A stretch of DNA of 63,942 bases, the filler included, from Caldilineae bacterium (GTDB lineage Bacteria; Chloroflexota; Anaerolineae; DTLA01): assembly GCA_037446815.1 (NCBI GenBank). It is 3 parts of 3 records of this genome, joined end to end, with 100 filler letters (N's around TTAATTAATTAA, not from the genome) between each part and the next. Parts side by side here need not be neighbours in the genome. Positions count along the whole stretch, not along the records: positions 57,191 to 63,942 come from JBBIHX010000158.1; 2 more parts are not named here. The stretch is one strand, 5' to 3'. A model generated the notes under the pieces. The model worked only from the letters and a program-made list of their open reading frames with translations, was not told where the DNA came from and made no database searches. How positions within the stretch are numbered: the first letter of the stretch is position 1; each line of letters starts with the position of its first letter. The position numbers were made by a program, and so were the translations under genes. Of this stretch, positions 61,647 through 63,942 are shown piece after piece.

Positions 61647-62864
61647 ATGGTAGGCTGGTCTGGCCGCCGGAAGGCGCTAACAATTCTCCTCTTCATCGCG
61701 CCCACCCTCATCGGAATCCTGATTTTCAGTGTCTATCCCATCCTGTACAACACGTTCATCTCGTTCACCAACCGCAACATGTACCGTCCAAACCCCGACT
61801 GCACGCAGATGCTTACGTCCATCTTTGAGCCGTCGTGCTGGCCCATGTTCCGCGAGCGCGCGCCCAAGGGGCTCGGGCAGCCGTACTCGTTGCAGACGCC
61901 CTTCTACGGCAATTATGCGGCACTCGTGGGCAAGTTGTTTACCAAAGAGTCCATGGTGGCATTGTTGTTTATCCTTATCGCGTTGTTGCCGTTGTGGGGT
62001 GCGCGCCGCTTGAACAAACACTACGACCGACAGTTGACGCGGCCCGTGTCATCGTTCGTGGTGTGGCTGGGCGGCTTGGTCGGCGCGGTGCTCCTGGCAT
62101 GGCTACTGAAGTTGCCAGCGCAGTTCGCCGTCCTGATGAAGGCGGGCGACTTCTTCGTGGTAACGCTGCGCACCATTCTGTACGTGGCCATCTGCATCCC
62201 GCTGTTCTTCGTCGTCGGGTTGACGCTCGCCCTCATCCTGAACAGCAGTAACCTGCGCGGGCGGACGGCCTTCCGCGTCATCATGGTTGTGCCGTGGGCG
62301 GCGTCCACCGTTGCCATCATGATGTCGCTGGTGTGGCAGTTCTTCTTCCGCGAGCAGGGCACCATCAACCAGTTGCTGAAACTCATCGGCGTCCAGGGGC
62401 CGGCCTGGCTCAACAATTCCACCCTGGCCTTCGCGGTCATCGTGCTCGCCAATGTCTGGTACACGTACCCGTTCTTCATGACCGTCATCCTCGGCGCGTT
62501 GCAGTCCATCCCGCCCGAGCAGTACGAAGCCGCCGAAGTGGACGGGGCCAGTTGGTGGGACAAGTTGACGAAGATCACGCTGCCGCTGCTTCGGCCCGCG
62601 GTGCTCCCCGCAACGGTGCTGAGTTCCATCACGACGTTCCAGATGTTCGGCACGGTGTGGGCCATCACGCAGGGACGGCCCAGCATGGGCGCGGGCGTGC
62701 CGGGCGCGACGGAACTGGTCATGGTGTACGCGTACAAGCAGATTTTCCAGACGAACGCTTACGGCCGCATGGGCGCCTACGCGGTCATCATGTTCGTGTT
62801 CCTGTTCATCGCGACCCTGTACAGCCTGCGGGTTACGCGGATCACGAAAGGAGCCTACGAATGA
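61647..62864 (+). CDS. Sugar ABC permease (MalF-like)
   Basis: ISFTN, VPWA, GALQSIP, YEAAEVDGAS, ITLPLL. Confidence 0.92.
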   Translation: MVGWSGRRKALTILLFIAPTLIGILIFSVYPILYNTFISFTNRNMYRPNPDCTQMLTSIFEPSCWPMFRERAPKGLGQPYSLQTPFYGNYAALVGKLFTKESMVALLFILIALLPLWGARRLNKHYDRQLTRPVSSFVVWLGGLVGAVLLAWLLKLPAQFAVLMKAGDFFVVTLRTILYVAICIPLFFVVGLTLALILNSSNLRGRTAFRVIMVVPWAASTVAIMMSLVWQFFFREQGTINQLLKLIGVQGPAWLNNSTLAFAVIVLANVWYTYPFFMTVILGALQSIPPEQYEAAEVDGASWWDKLTKITLPLLRPAVLPATVLSSITTFQMFGTVWAITQGRPSMGAGVPGATELVMVYAYKQIFQTNAYGRMGAYAVIMFVFLFIATLYSLRVTRITKGAYE

Positions 62865-63706
62865 GACGAACGACAACCGGCGTCAAGATTCTGCAGTACG
62901 TGATCCTCGTCGCCGCGGCCATCTTCGCGCTGTATCCGGTCTGGTTCGCGGTCCTCGCGTCGGGCCGGGCCGGTGGCCGCCTGTACACCTTCAACCTGCT
63001 GGGTATGTTCATCCCCGTGGAGTGGACGTGGGAGAACTACCGCGTGATGCTTCTGGGCGGCCAGCCGTTCCTCCAGTGGATGCGCAACAGCCTGTTCGTC
63101 GCGGGCGTTACCACCGTCGCCTGCCTCGTGGTGGCCACGTCCGCCGCCTTCGCCTTCTCGCGGTTCCGCTTCAAGGGGCGCGAGGCCGGCCTCATCTTCC
63201 TGCTGGCGATTCAGGCGTTTCCGGGCGTGCTGGCCCTGGTCCCGCAGGCGCAATTGCTGACCGCCATTGGCCTGTACAAGAACCCGTGGGGACTTATCAT
63301 CGCCTACACGTCGTTTACGCTGGTGTTCTGCACATGGAACCTGAAGGGGTACTTTGACACCATCCCGATTGACCTGGAAGAGGCCGGGATGATAGACGGG
63401 TGCGGTCCGATTCAGTCGTTCCTGCTCATCGGGCTGCCGTTGGCGCGGCCCGCGCTGGCGGTTACGGGCCTGTTCGCATTCATGACCGGCTGGGGCGAGT
63501 ACGCTCTCGCCTCGGTCATCATCCCCGCGCCGGATTCGGCGAAGACGCTCATGGTGGGGATGTACAAGATCGCCAACGAAATCAACATCCCGTGGGGCTA
63601 TTTCGCGGCGGGCGCGGTCATGGTTATCATCCCCGTCCTGCTGGTGTTCCTGTACCTGCAGCGGTATCTGGAATCCGGGTTGACCCTGGGCGGGGTCAAG
63701 GGGTAG
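62861..63706 (+). CDS. Sugar ABC permease (MalG-like)
   Basis: AFSRFRFKGR, LKGYFDTIP, LEEAGMIDG, GLTLGGVKG; ATGA overlap with the previous gene. Confidence 0.93.
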   Translation: MRRTTTGVKILQYVILVAAAIFALYPVWFAVLASGRAGGRLYTFNLLGMFIPVEWTWENYRVMLLGGQPFLQWMRNSLFVAGVTTVACLVVATSAAFAFSRFRFKGREAGLIFLLAIQAFPGVLALVPQAQLLTAIGLYKNPWGLIIAYTSFTLVFCTWNLKGYFDTIPIDLEEAGMIDGCGPIQSFLLIGLPLARPALAVTGLFAFMTGWGEYALASVIIPAPDSAKTLMVGMYKIANEINIPWGYFAAGAVMVIIPVLLVFLYLQRYLESGLTLGGVKG

Positions 63707-63728
63707 CGGTGCGGCGGGCAGACCGCAG

Positions 63729-63942
63729 GATTCGGCTCCGAAGTGTCTGTCGGCGCCCGCTGTCAGGCTGAACGGCGGAGAGCGGAATCTCGCTGACCGA
63801 GATGCTTCGCCTTCGGCTCAGCATGACACAAATGGAAGGGCGGCGCGAGGGACGGGCCAACGCAAGATGGAACCGTGTGGAACGCAGGGTTTCGGTTCCA
63901 AAGTCTGTTGGTAGCCGTCATTGCGAGGGCACGCAGTGCCCG
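63729..63942. mobile_element. Two adjacent MITE-like elements (second truncated by the window end)
   Basis: GATTCGGCTCCG...CTCAGCATGAC...CAAGATGGAACCG (63729-63875), then TTCGGTTCCAAAGTCTGTTGG...GTCATTGCGAG (63891-63942). Confidence 0.65.

Overview
GC-rich bacterial sequence, most likely a Chloroflexota (Anaerolineae-like) draft genome or MAG (inferred from Pro/Thr-linker lipoproteins, a DNRLRE-type secreted protein and the repeat families). It is three contigs joined by artificial 100-bp N/TTAATTAATTAA/N linkers (28886-28985, 57091-57190), so adjacency across linkers is not evidence. Contig 1 carries an arsenic-resistance-type cluster (ArsP-like permease, thioredoxin-like, DGC protein, acr3), dnaN-recF, rsmG, a beta-CASP nuclease, a displaced dnaA, queA, tpiA, nfo and a SufS/SufU-like pair. 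It also carries a 4-gene cluster (U32-like, two tandem DapA-family aldolase/Fae fusion genes, C-N hydrolase). Contig 2 carries a metzincin/DNRLRE secreted protein and a ~23-kb LacI-controlled beta-glucan locus (GH94, 2x GH144-like, GH35, GH3, an ABC system with two binding proteins, four permeases, NHL/YIP1 and DUF5696-like proteins). Contig 3 carries a sensor kinase, a ROK regulator and a maltodextrin-type ABC operon. The best candidate for a new system is the tandem aldolase-Fae fusion pair, whose Fae domains look complementarily degenerate. Also notable are a 31-aa linker identical in two otherwise dissimilar binding proteins despite 16 synonymous changes, and a TIR-bounded MITE-like shell carrying interchangeable palindromic cargo. 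All calls are by-eye motif recognition; no database searches were run.
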